Below are positions 35,325 through 47,245 of a stretch of DNA of 64,000 nucleotides, one piece after another. The notes beneath the pieces are model-generated. The model searched no databases. It was not told where the DNA came from and was given only the letters and a program-made list of their open reading frames with translations. Both the position numbers and the translations under genes were made by a program. The DNA lies in contig NC_043023.1 in assembly GCF_006345805.1 (NCBI RefSeq), forward strand, positions 10,788,001 to 10,852,000, written 5' to 3'. This stretch comes from Octopus sinensis (lineage: Eukaryota). Position 1 is the stretch's first letter. Every line of letters begins with the position of its first letter.

Positions 35325-35545
35325 GGTGGAAGACCGACCTTGAAATATGTAACTCACCCGATATTGAGCGCAAACGTTAACGTTTACCTTAACGTGACAT
35401 AATTACTGCAAATTTTATAATTAAATTAGCTGAACTAATTAGAAACTAATTAGCAGAAACGCTGGCGATTCTCCTCGTTATCTGAATGAAACCGGTGCCG
35501 TTTGCGATTTTCCCGTCTGAATATACACCGGTGTTGTTCACAATT
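35325..35545 (-). promoter_or_regulatory. Putative first exon/promoter of gene 4 with donor g|gtgagt at 35358/35357
   Basis: Homology to 16140-16310; canonical donor. Confidence 0.5.
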
Positions 35546-35599
35546 TTTTCCCTCTCTCAATAAACACCGACATCGTGAATTAACATTTCATTATACACA

Positions 35600-36397
35600 T
35601 ACACACATAAATATATATTTCTTTGTTGCCCACAAGGGGCTAAACGTAGAGGGGACAAACAAGGACAGACAGACGGATTAAGTCGATTACATCGACCCTA
35701 GTGCGTAACTGGTACTTAATTTATCGACCCCGAAAGGATGAAAGGCAAAGTCGACCTCGACGGAATTTGAACTCGGAACGTAACGGCAGACGAAATACAT
35801 ATATATATATATTTCTTTACTACCCTCAAGGGGCTAAACATAGAGGGGACAAACAAACGGATTATGTCTATTACATCGACCTCAGTGCGCAACTGGTACT
35901 TAATTTATCGACCCGAAAGGATGAAAGGCAAAGTCGACCTCGGCGGAATTTGAACTCGGAACGTAACGGCAGACGAAATACATATATATATATATTTCTT
36001 TACTGCCCACAAGGGGCTAAACACAGAGGGGACAAATAAGGACAGACAGACGGATTAAGTTGATTGTATCGACTCCAGTGCATAACTGGTACTTAATTTA
36101 TTGACCCCGAAAGGATGAAAGGCAAAGTCGACCTCGGCGGAATTTGAACTCAGAACGTAGCGGCAGACGAAATACCTATTTCTTTATTACCCACAAGGGG
36201 CTAAACACAGAGGGGACAAACAAACGGATTAAGTCTATTACATCGACCCCAGTGCGTAACTGGTACTTAATTTATCGACCCCGAAATGATGAAAGGCAAA
36301 GTCGACCTCAGCGGAATTTGAACCCAGAACGTAACGGCAGACGAAATACGGCTAAGCATTTCGCCCGGCGTGCTAACGTTTCTGCCAGCTCGCCGCC
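35600..36397 (-). mobile_element. SINE family A with one head and ~4 tandem bodies
   Basis: Head at 36345-36397; bodies repeat toward lower coordinates. Confidence 0.8.
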
Positions 36398-36704
36398 TTA
36401 CACACATAAATATAGGCATACCTACACATAAGTGCCCTACACCCAACAGCCAATTTTTTTTTTTTTTTCCACATTAAATCCCCACTTAATCGTAAATATA
36501 ATCGTAATCTACAAACTCCGAAAGTCTTCTGTACAGAAGTTTAGAAATAGCAGAAGTTTAGAAATAGCAGAAGTTTAGAAATAGCAGCCAGAAAGCTTAG
36601 AAATAGCTATTTCCTCTACTTTAAAAAGAGATTCTCGGACAAAAACAAATTACTCGAAAACAATCCACGCAGGCAGAGAGGAAGAATAACGAAAATCAAT
36701 ATAT

Positions 36705-36773
36705 ATATTATAGATAGAACGGGTGTACTATATATATATATATATATATATATTATAGATAGAACGGGTGTAC

Positions 36774-36805
<32 letters not shown>

Positions 36806-37111
36806 TATAGATAGAACGAGTGTACTATATATATATATATCTATACAATATGTTAATATATATATTTATATATTATAGATAGAACGGGTGTATAATATAT
36901 ATATATATATATTATAGGTAGAACGGGTGTATAATATTATATATATATTATAGCTAGAACGGGTGTATAATATATATATATATATATTATAGCTAGAACG
37001 GGTGTATAATATATATATTATAGATAGAACGGATGTATAATATATATATATATATATAATATATATAGTATAGATAGAGCGGGTGTATAATATATATAAT
37101 AGATAGAACGG

Positions 37112-37151
<40 letters not shown>

Positions 37152-37545
37152 TAGATAGAACAGGTATATTATATATATATATTATAGATAGAACGGGTGT
37201 ATAATATATATATATATATATTATAGATAGAACGGGTATATTATATATATATATATATATAGTATAGATAGAACTGGTGTATAATATATATATATATTAA
37301 AGATAGAACGGGTATATTATATATATATATATATATAAGTATAGATAGAACGGGTGTATAATATATATATATATATTATAGCTAGAACGGGTGTATAATA
37401 TATATATATATATAGTATAGATAGAACGGGTGTATAATATATATATATTATAGCTAGAACGGGTGTATAATATATATATATATATAGTATAGATAGAACG
37501 GGTGTATAATATATATATAGTATAGCTAGAACGGGTGTATAATAT

Positions 37546-37579
<34 letters not shown>

Positions 37580-37590
37580 ATATATATATA
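36705..37590. repeat. Compound minisatellite: ~21 copies of TATAGATAGAACGGGTGTATA separated by variable (TA)n
   Basis: Cores counted by eye; the spacers are pure TA runs. Confidence 0.9.
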
Positions 37591-37639
37591 CTCAATTCTT
37601 ATAGTTTTGGTTTTTTGAGAATCTTTAAGGATTTTATTC

Positions 37640-37762
37640 GTCAGAGACAAGTCACATGACCTGGACTTCCTGTTCCGTTCATGGCTTCGTCTGATCGCGT
37701 CGTAATAATAACGAAATCTATTTTACTGTAAAAACTGGTTTATACAGCAACAACAGGTAAGG
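37640..37762 (+). promoter_or_regulatory. Putative promoter/first exon of gene 5 ending at ag|gtaag (37756/37757)
   Basis: E-box-like gtcacatgac and ETS-like acttcctg upstream; 3' end homologous to 18471-18511. Confidence 0.55.
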
Positions 37763-37973
37763 TATATATAATATGTATATCGTTTGAGGTGAACATCGGT
37801 AACTGGAAACTTTCTGTTGCTGAGAGGTCGATATTAAATCCGGCATAATTGGACAAGTGCCCCTCCCCCCTTGGCTTTGTTTCCTCATAAGTTTAATTAA
37901 AATGAATGTTTGGTTATGTTTATGTTCCACTAATAACTTTCAGACGATGGGGGATACGATTATAACATAGTTT

Positions 37974-38095
37974 GGTACTACTAGCGAACAGTGTACCCGG
38001 TGCGCGCACTCGCGTACTCGCGCATCCGCGCCGGCTAGTCGTGACTAGTCGATCCATACTTTGTGTTTTTGTGTGTTATTTACTCTTTACTCTAT
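37974..38095. mobile_element. Left end of CG-rich GG-terminal MITE (family of 58502-58715)
   Basis: ggtactactagcgaacagtg..ccggtgcgcgcactc. Confidence 0.65.
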
Positions 38096-40133
38096 TTTTT
38101 TTTTTACTCTTTTACTTGTTTCAGTCATGTGACTGTGACCATGCTGGAGCATCGCCTTTTAGTCGAGCAAATCGACCCCAGGACTTATTCTTTGGAAGCC
38201 TAGTACTTATTCTATCGGTCACTTTTGCCGAAACGCTAAGTGACGGGGGCGTAAACACACCAGCATCGGTTGTCAAGCAATGCTAGGGGGACAAACACAG
38301 ACACACAAACACACATACCTATATATGTATATATACATATAACGATGGGTTTCTTTCTGTTTCCGGCTACCAAATCCACTCACAAGGCTTTGGTTGGCCC
38401 GAAGCTATAGTAGAAGACACTTGCCCAATTTGCCACGCAGTGGGACTGAACCCGGAACCATGTGGTTGGTAAGCAAGCTACTTACCACACACCCACTCCT
38501 ACGCCTATTATATATAATAGTATTTATGGAATTTTGATTTACTGTAGGGTGACTTATTGTCCGACTATTTTGCCTCATAACATCCAGTAGAATGGATATC
38601 TTTTAATGAAAGTTTCTATAAATACACTTCAGATGGTGTAGATTACGAATATATTGGAATTTGTTGTGAAAAAAATTTTCCTGTGGGTTGAAATGAGTTT
38701 CGGGAAATTCACACGAGACGGCTTTTGTTTTCTCTTAACTTTTTTTTTTTTTTACTTGTTTCAGTCATGTGACTGCGGCCATGCTGGAGCACCGCCTTTA
38801 GTCGAGCAAATCGACCCCAGGACTTATTCTTTGTAAGCCTAGTACTTATTCTATCCGTCTCTTTTGTCGAACCGCTAAGTGACGGGGACGTAAACACACC
38901 AGCATCGGTTGTCAAGCGATGTTGGGGGGGGGGACAAACATATTCACACACATACATATATATATACATATATGTGTGTATATATATATACACATATATA
39001 CATATATACGATGGGCTTCTTTCAGTTTCCGTCTACTAAATCCACCTACCATGTGGTGCCTCTTCGTTTAGCAGTGGGACTGAACCCGGAACCATGTGGT
39101 TGGTAAAAATTAGTATTTTTTTAATGAAATTTTCTTCAAATACCTTTCAGAGTGTGTTAATTATGATTATATCAGAATCTGATGTGTAAATGAAAATTTT
39201 GAGCAACGCACACATACATTTTGACACATCACGATTTTTATTTCGAAATTCAAAGTTCCATATTTGACATGTGTCAGTGTGAGTGTGTACGAGCTCACCA
39301 TTTCTTTCTTTTTCATTTTTTCACATCAAATTCCGATATAATTGTAATCTACACACTCTAAAAAATATTTTAGAAAATATAAAAAAAAAAAAACTATCAG
39401 GCGCAGGAGTGGCTGTGTGGTAAGTAGCTTGCTAACTAACCACATGGTTCCGCGTTCAGTCCCACTGCGTGGCACCTTGGGCAAGTGTCTTCTACTATAG
39501 CCTCGGGCCGACCAAAGCCTTGTGAGTGGATTTGGTAGATGGAAACTGAAAGAAGCCTGTCGTATATAGGTACAGGAGTGGCTGTGTGGTAAGTAGCTTG
39601 CTAACCAACCACATGGTTCCAGGTTCAGTACCACTGCATGGCACCTTGGGCAAGTGTCTTCTACTATAGCCTTGGGCTGACCAATGCCTTGTGAGTGGAT
39701 TTGGTAGATGGAAACTGAAAGAAGCCTGTCGTATATAGGTACAGGAGTGGCTGTGTGGTAAGTAGCTTGCTAACCAACCACATGGTTCCAGGTTCAGTAC
39801 CACTGCATGGCACCTTGAGCAAGTGTCTTCTACTATAGCCTTGGGCTGACCAATGCCTTGTGAGTGGATTTGGTAGACGGAAACTGAAAGAAGCCCGTCG
39901 TATATATGTATATATATATATACATCTATGTGTGTCTGTGTTTGTCCCCCTAGCATTGCTTGACAACCGATGCTGGTGTGCTTACGTCCCCGTTACTTAG
40001 CGGTTCAGCAAAAGAGACCGATAGAATAAGTACTGGGCTTACAAAAGATTAAGTCCCGGGGTCGAGTTGCTCAACTAGAGGCGGTGCTCCAGCATGGCCG
40101 CAGTCAAATGACTGAAACAAGTAAAAGAGTAAG
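38095..40133. mobile_element. SINE family B cluster: two minus copies, then a plus copy with a triplicated ~169-bp head module (39400-39900)
   Basis: Three tandem caggagtggctgtgtgg...gaagcc.gtcgtatata modules before one tail. Confidence 0.8.
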
Positions 40134-41210
40134 CATTGAAAGGTATGACTTAGCAAGAGATCTAGGGCTGCTTCAAACTGGAAAATGCCTCTGGACTAAT
40201 GCATTGCTTCTAATGGAGAATTCTTTGAAGGTGATAAAAGTGTAAGCATGTAAAACTAATTGAATAAAATAATATTACAAAATTCCGGTTTCTTTTGGGT
40301 ACCCCCTCACACACACACACGAGAGAGGATGCCCTAATGTATCATCATCATCATCATCGTTTAACGTCCGTTTTCCGCGCCAGCACGGGTTGGACGGTTC
40401 GACCAGGGGCTGCACCACGCTCCAGTCTGATCTGGCAGTGTTTCTACAGCTGGATGCCCTTCCTAACACCAACCACTCCGTGAGTGTAGTGGATGCTTTT
40501 TACGTGCCACCGGCACAGGTGCCAGGGGAGTCTGGCATCGGCCACGATCGGTTGGTGCTTTTAACGTGCCAGCAGCACGGAAGCCAGCCAAGGCGGTGCT
40601 GGCATCGGCCATGTTCGGATGGTGCTTTTTATGTGCCACTTGCACAGAAGCCAGTCGGGGCGGCACTGGATATATAAAAAAATATATATAAGAGGATACT
40701 AGAGACCGAGACCTATGGAAGTATGCTGTGCATGAGAAGACCCGGCAGGACAAGTGAGACCATAACCCGTGGCCTCTACATGGGATGTAGCCAGTTCATT
40801 TATGCATATCTTTCCTTCTTGGGACACAAAACTCTACTTGTGAAGACCTGTTGAGGCAAGTGAGAATCAAAATCAATCAACATCAAATGGAAATTGAAGC
40901 TGCGATACCAGTGCCGTTGGCACGTAAGCGAACCATCAGAACATGGCTGTTGCCAGCGCTGCCCCGACGGGCCTCCGTGCCGGTGTCTTGTAAAAAGCAC
41001 CATCTGATCGTGGCCGTTGCCAGCCTCGCCTGGCACGTAAAAAGCACCTACTACACTCACGGAGTGGTTGGCGTTAGGAAGGGCATCTAGCCGTAGAAAC
41101 ATTGCCAGATCAGACTGGGCCTGGTGCAGCCTTCTGGTTTCCCAGACCCCAGTTGCACCTTACAACCCATGCTAGCATGGAAAGCAGACGCTAAACGATG
41201 ATGATGATAC

Positions 41211-41360
41211 AAGAGGGTGATGAAAAGTTCTTGGTTTTGGGTAAAAGAACATACAAGAGGATCTGTTACTTACGATTTTATTCAACATATTCCTCTCTCA
41301 GATACACACAATTATTGCAGCGGCCCTTCAGTTTTTCAAAGCCCTGTAAAAGAACTCGGA
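41211..41360. mobile_element. Mariner-like terminal fragment
   Basis: tacaagagggtgatgaaaagtt...ttttattcaacatattcc...cttcagttttt..ccctgtaaaagaactc, similar to 45110-45245. Confidence 0.45.
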
Positions 41361-41730
41361 AGTTTAGGCCTGTCATTATACCATTAAAGCCAGGGACTTT
41401 CAATACCCCCTTGTGTGTGTGTGCTTATTTTTGTGTATAAGGTTTGTCCCCCACTACCACCACCACTTGATGACTGGTGCTCATTTGATTATGTCGCCAT
41501 AACTTAGCAGTTCATCAAAAGAGACCAATAGAATAAATACCAGACTTAAAACACAAAAAGCACTGGGCTTGATTTCTTTGACTAAACCGTTCAAAGCAGT
41601 GACCCGATGATGGTTGCAGTCATCGGGTCCAATGATTGAAATACATAAAAGATAAAAGACATATCTTCAAAGAAACCTTGAATAAGTTCAATTATTCCAG
41701 TAAAATGTTTCCATCTACAGTTTTTCTTTA

Positions 41731-42214
41731 TTAACCCTTTCGTTACCGTATTTATTTTGAGATACTCTCTGTTTCTTTCAATTAATTTTAAATATAACAA
41801 AGAATTTAGTAAAATAACTTAGTTATCATTAAGCTAGTGTTAGAAACATAAATTGTGACTAAGGTTTGGTGGAAGATTTTAATTCAGAACTTAGAAAAAC
41901 AAGAGGTTTGTACTAAAGAGCCAGAGGTGGTTTCAGCCGGGTTGGTAACAAAAGGGTTAAGAATTGTTTCCTTATTATATATTTTTAAGCCTTTTGTTAC
42001 CATATTTCAGTTGTGATGCTCTGTGTTTCTTTCAATTAATTTTAAATATAACAAAGAATTTAGTAAAATAACTTAGTTATCATTAAGCTAGTGTTAGAAA
42101 CATAAATTGTGACTAAGGTTTGGTGGAAGATTTTAATTCAAAACTTAGGAAAACAAGAGGTTTGTACTACAAAGCCAGAGGCGGTTTCAGCCGGGTTGGT
42201 AATGAAAGGGTTAA
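41731..42214. mobile_element. piggyBac-like MITE dimer, 78 bp upstream of the gene 5 acceptor
   Basis: TTAA|CCC termini; inverted relative to 3765-4236. Confidence 0.75.
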
Positions 42215-42274
42215 AATGTAAAATTTCAGTTGTTCTACCTCTTTGTCTTTAAGTATTCTTTGTATCTTAATTTC

Positions 42275-42958
42275 TTATTTCTCTTATTTCAGAATATCAG
42301 AAACAGCAAAGAATTATTTCTGACACATCACCAATATTTATCATCTTTGAAAGACAAAAGGAAAATGTTCCACAGAATGGATATAACCCTGTTTATATAA
42401 ATCTATAGTTGAATTTCTGATAAATATTTCTTCAGAACTGAGAATGAATATCAATGTTTGTCTTGTTCACTGTCTGAAAACTTTACAAGATGACTTTGCA
42501 TTTTAATTGAATCTGGATTACAAAGGAGTTTGCAGCAACTTCGGATAATCACCAAAATTCACAGCTGATGGAAATATAGCAGCACTAATATTTGTTCAGA
42601 GTAAGATATTAGAACAAAAAATAAAGTTCACATCAGATACATCATCAATATTGATCATATCTTAAAGACTAAAAGAAAGTGTTATAAAGAACAAATATAA
42701 TTCTATTTATATAAAGTTTGGGGAACTACAGAGAAATATTTCTTTAGAACTGATATTAATATCAACATTCGTCTTGTTCACTTCCTGAAAAGTTTACAAA
42801 CTGGTTTTGCATTTTAATTGAATCTGGATTACAAAGGAGTTTGCAACAACTTCAGACAACCACCAAAATTCACAGCTGATGGAAATATAGCAGCGGTAAT
42901 ATTTGTTCAGAGTAAAATAGAACAAAACTAGTATATATTGTGGAGTACGAAAAGAAAA
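42275..42958 (+). promoter_or_regulatory. Splice acceptor (tttcag|42293) and conserved leader of gene 5 with internal ~310-bp tandem duplication
   Basis: gaatctggattacaaaggagtttgc at 42510 and 42820. Confidence 0.65.
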
Positions 42959-43642
42959 ATGATGGAAAGTGAGATTAGTGAGAACAACGTTGCTCGTAAA
43001 ATATTGGCTAAAAGTATTGTTTTACCTGATGACTTGAAGAATGAGAAAGCAAGAACCTCGTTTGATTGTGGTGTCTGTGGCAAATCGTTTTCCCAAAATT
43101 GCAAACTGACTAAACACAAATCTATTCATACGGGAGAGAGGCCATATTGTTGTGATATCTGTGGTAAATCATTCTCACAAAAGGGTAACTTAATCATTCA
43201 CAAACGTATCCATACAGGGGAGAAACCGTATCCTTGTCATATCTGTGGTGAGGCATTTTCCCTGAAAGGTAACCTAATTACTCACCAACGTATCCATACC
43301 GGAGAAAAACCTTATGTCTGTGATATCTGTGATAAACCGTTCTCTCAAAAGCATAAATTAGTTACACACCAACGCATTCATACTGGAGAGAAACCATATC
43401 ATTGTGACACTTGTGGGGAATCATTCTCTCAAAGTATTCATCTCACGAAACACATACGTATTCACACAGGAGAAAAACCATATCACTGTGATATTTGTAG
43501 TAAATCTTTCTCTCAGAGTAGCAGCCTTACTAAACATAAGGCTACCCATACAGAAGAAAAACCATATCACTGTGATATTTGTACTGAATCATTTTCTCAA
43601 AGTGCTCAGTTAACAAAACACATACGTGTTCATACTGGTTAG
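42959..43642 (+). CDS. C2H2 zinc-finger protein (gene 5), 7 fingers, truncated by a SINE
   Basis: ORF 42938-43642, first ATG at 42959; the TAG is supplied by the SINE 5' junction. Confidence 0.88.
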   Translation: MMESEISENNVARKILAKSIVLPDDLKNEKARTSFDCGVCGKSFSQNCKLTKHKSIHTGERPYCCDICGKSFSQKGNLIIHKRIHTGEKPYPCHICGEAFSLKGNLITHQRIHTGEKPYVCDICDKPFSQKHKLVTHQRIHTGEKPYHCDTCGESFSQSIHLTKHIRIHTGEKPYHCDICSKSFSQSSSLTKHKATHTEEKPYHCDICTESFSQSAQLTKHIRVHTG

Positions 43643-44024
43643 TGGAGGCACAATGGCCCAGTGGTTAGGGCAGTGGATTCGCAGTCATAGGATCGCGGTT
43701 TCGATTCCCAGACCGGGCGTTGTGAGTGTTTATTGAGCGAAAACACCTAAAAAAGCTCCACGAGGCTCCGGCAGGGATGGTGGTGATCCCTGCTGTACTC
43801 TTTCACCACAACTTTCTCTTACTTCCTGTTTCTGTTGTACCTGTATTTCAAAGGGCCGGCCTTGTCACTCTCTGTGTCACGCTGAATATCCCCGAGAACT
43901 ACGTTAAGGGTACACGTGTCTGTGGAGTGCTCAGCCACTTACACGTTAATTTCACGAGCAGGCTGTTCCGTTGATTCGGATCAACCAGAACCCTCATCGT
44001 CGTAACCGACGGAGTGCTTCCATC
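43639..44024 (+). mobile_element. Full-length tRNA-derived SINE (family C) with 8-bp TSD catactgg
   Basis: A-box tggcccagtggtta, B-box ggtttcgattcc; TSD at 43631-43638 and 44025-44032. Confidence 0.85.
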
Positions 44025-44600
44025 CATACTGGATAACATATCTTTGTGATATCTGTGGGGAATCTTTACTCTCTTTTACTCTTTTACTTGTTTCGGGTCA
44101 TTTGACTGCGGCCATGCTGGAGCACCGCCTTTAGTCGAGCAAATCGACCCCGGGACTTATTCTTTGGAAGCCTAGTACTTATTCTATCGGTCTCTTTTGC
44201 CGAACCGCGAAGTGACGGGGACGTAAACACACCAGCATCGGTTGTCAAGTAATGCTAGAGGGACAAACACAGGCACACAAACATACACACACATACATAT
44301 ATACATATATATACGACAGGCTTCTTTCAGTTTCTGTCTACCAGATCCACTCACAAGGGTTTGGACGGCCCGAGGCTACAGTAGAAGACTCTTGCCCAAG
44401 GTGCCACACAGTGGGACTGAACCCGGAACCATGTGGTTGGTTAGCAAGCTACTTACCACACAGCCACTCCTGCACCTATCACAATCTTTCTTAAACATTC
44501 ATCTATTCATACAGGTGAAAAACCCCCATATCTGTGATTTCTGTGGTAATTTTTTTTGTTTTTGAAATGAGTACTTAACTACGCACAAATATACAGGAAT
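44025..44600 (+). pseudogene. Decayed fingers of gene 5 split by a minus-strand SINE B (44067-44477)
   Basis: catactggataacatatctttgtgatatctgtggggaatc and attcatacaggtgaaaacccccatatctgtgatttctgtggtaat. Confidence 0.75.
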
Positions 44601-45071
44601 GGGTGTGTGGGTGTGTATTCTTTACTTGGCATCACATGATAGTTGTAAATGAGTGTCACTGTCATACAAGCAGTGTCGTTCATTTCCAATATTCTGCAAA
44701 AGAATGTGTTTGGTCATGGAGGAAGTATTACCTTTCTTTGGAAATAGGTGAGGGTTGGGGACAGGAAAGGCATCCATCTGCAGAAAATCTGCTCAATAAA
44801 CCCTGGCACATGCAAGCATAGAAAAGAGGACGTTAAAACGAGGATAATATATTTATCTGTCTGTCTATTCAATCTGTGTGTATATCTCTCTCTCTCTTTC
44901 GGAGAGGCACTGAGCACCTACACACACGGCAGTAACTTCCGCCTACCAAATTCAATCGCAAAGCTTCGGTCGACTCGGGGCTATAGTAGAAGACACCTGT
45001 CCAAAGTGTCATGCGGTGGGACTGAACCCGAAACCACATAGCTAGGAAGCAAGCTCCCTAACTACACGGCC

Positions 45072-45104
<33 letters not shown>

Positions 45105-45109
45105 TACAC

Positions 45110-46890
45110 ACAAGGGGGCTCCTGAACAGTTCCTGACTTTTAGATTAAAAAATATATGTGAGGATTTTTTGCAACATATTCCCATCTCAGATTTACAGTG
45201 CAGTGGTCCTTCAGTTTTTCTAATCCCTGTAAAAGAACTCAAAATGTTGGGTCCCCAACATCTGTAACAGTGACCACTTCTGAGTTGGAGTGAAATTTCA
45301 TTCCCTTCAGAGGTAATAGTTGAAGAGGGCCAAATCAGGAGAATAAGATGGGTGATCTACCAATTCAAAGCCAAAATTAGTATTTTCCATAGTCTCATAT
45401 GCTGTGTATGCTGCTGCATTGTCCGGCAAAAACAGGATGCCACAGCTCAGCTTCCCACATTTCTGCTTCACAGTTTGTGCAACAGAGACTTGTAGTATTC
45501 AGTGTTGATTGAGCAACTCATTAGCAGGTATTTTATGAGGTGTACTCCTTCTTTGTCCCAGAACGCTGAAGCCAGAATCTTTCCAGCTGACTTCTGAATC
45601 TGAAACGTCTTGGGACACAGTGAACCTCTGTGGCACTACTCCATTGAATGCTGCTTGGTCTGGGGTTTGGTTGACGTTAGGAAGGGCATCCGGATCTTTT
45701 CCTTTTGAACGGCAGATGTCAACACAATTTGTAGTTAACTAAACACTTTAAAACTTCGTTTACTGGTAGAATATGTCAAAATAAAACATTTTTTTCTCTT
45801 GGCTTTCTTGAGAAAATTGTAATTTTTTTGTTTAACGTAGTTTAATTTTTCGAATTTTAACCAATCCTATGCTCTCTTTTGAGCTAAAATCATTTGCTGC
45901 ATCTAAAACTGAGACAACATCCTGTAACTAACCCTAAACCTGCCCCCTAACCCTAATTTTTTTTTTTATTAATTGTTACGAGTGTAAAAAAAACTAAAGC
46001 AATGGGATTAAATTAACAATTAAGAAAAAAAAGTTAGGGTTAGTTACAGGATGTTGTCTCAGTTTTAGACGCAGCAAATGATTTTAGTTGAATGGAGGTA
46101 ATCGATTGGTTAAAATTGCCGAAATGCTCGGATTTTCAGACGAAATATCTTACAAACTATAGAATTTTCTCAATAAAACCAAGAGAAAATGATGTTTTAT
46201 AAACACATTCTACCAGTATACGAAGTTTAAAAGTGTTTAGTTAACTAGAAATTGTGTTGACATCTGCCGTTCAAAAGGAAAAGATCCGGGCATCCTGCTG
46301 TAGAAACTCTGCCAGATCAAGATTGGAGTCTGGTGCAGCCATCCGGTTCACCAGTCCTCAGTCAAATTGTCCAACCCATGCTATCATGGAAAGCGGATGT
46401 TAAACGATGATGAAGTTAAGTTTCATTTATGGTCACTAAACAAGCCATAGAATCAGCCCCTCTTGCTGCAAACTGGTCCAAAATCACCTTTAGTGTCATC
46501 ACTCTGATGCACTTCCGACCTGTGTTCAGGCATTTCAGCACCTATTTTGCAGAAAGCTTTGTGTCCAGGATGCTGTGGATGACGTGGCCAAAATTTTTGT
46601 GGGAAATCCTGGTTCAGCTATGACCTTGGCTGAAATCCAGCAGTCGTCAAGAATCATGATGTGCACAGTGTTGACTTTGTCCTCTGTAATATAGAAGTTG
46701 GCCATCTTGACCAGGGATCATCTATGACCTCAAAATGACCAGTCCAAAACCTTGACATCCATATTTTCACTGTGAAGGGAGGTGGGTAGCCATCCTTCAA
46801 GATTTCCTTCCTCCCATCATGGATTTTCGCAGCTCCCGTTTGCCTTGCAAAAGCGGAACTTCATATGTTTCAATTTTACCAAAATCCACT
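45110..46890 (-). mobile_element. Degraded mariner transposase interrupted by an RTE-tail repeat and a MITE (~45665-46420)
   Basis: Minus strand gives QKSAGKILAS and PSYSPDLA, matching the mariner motifs SAGKVMASVFWD and YSPDLAP. Confidence 0.7.
45692..46287. mobile_element. Complete Merlin-like MITE with long TIRs and 8-bp TSD gggcatcc
   Basis: GG...CC termini (ggatcttttccttttgaacggcag / ctgccgttcaaaaggaaaagatcc); TSD at 45684-45691 and 46288-46295. Confidence 0.85.
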
Positions 46891-47245
46891 TTAGGGGCTG
46901 CCATCATGCATTAAATCTGCAAGAAAAGAGAAAGATGGCACAAATAGGAAAATAGAACTCAAAACATGAGTGTTTATATGCATTTTGTAACTGTTGTTGA
47001 TTGAATAATAAATATATATATATATATTCGTTTTGTTTGTATGCGACATTTTGTTGTTATTGGAGAGGGGTGGTCACATGATACATTCCATGGAGTGGTT
47101 GGTGTTAGGAAGGGCATCCAGCCGTAGAAACACTGCCAGATCAGACTGGGCCTGATGCAGCCTTCTGACTTCACAGACCCCAGTTGAACCGTCCAACCCA
47201 TGCTAGCATAGAAAGCGGACGCTAAATGATGACGATGATGATGAT

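Noticed and set aside
36705-37590. CRISPR-like array (constant core with variable spacers)
   Set aside because: Spacers are only (TA)n runs, there are no cas genes, and the context is eukaryotic; it is a compound minisatellite.
39326-41102. Many short ORFs such as MWLVSKLLTTQPLL or LQSDLAVFLQLDALPNANH
   Set aside because: They are translations of the recurring SINE and RTE-tail repeats.
43640-43690. A-to-I editing rescue of stop codons (TAG at 43640; TAA at 22738)
   Set aside because: Read-through would enter SINE sequence or frameshifted fingers and stop again soon; no restored array.
43644-43716. Functional tRNA gene
   Set aside because: The tRNA-like head continues into a ~310-bp body and is bounded by a TSD, so it is a SINE.
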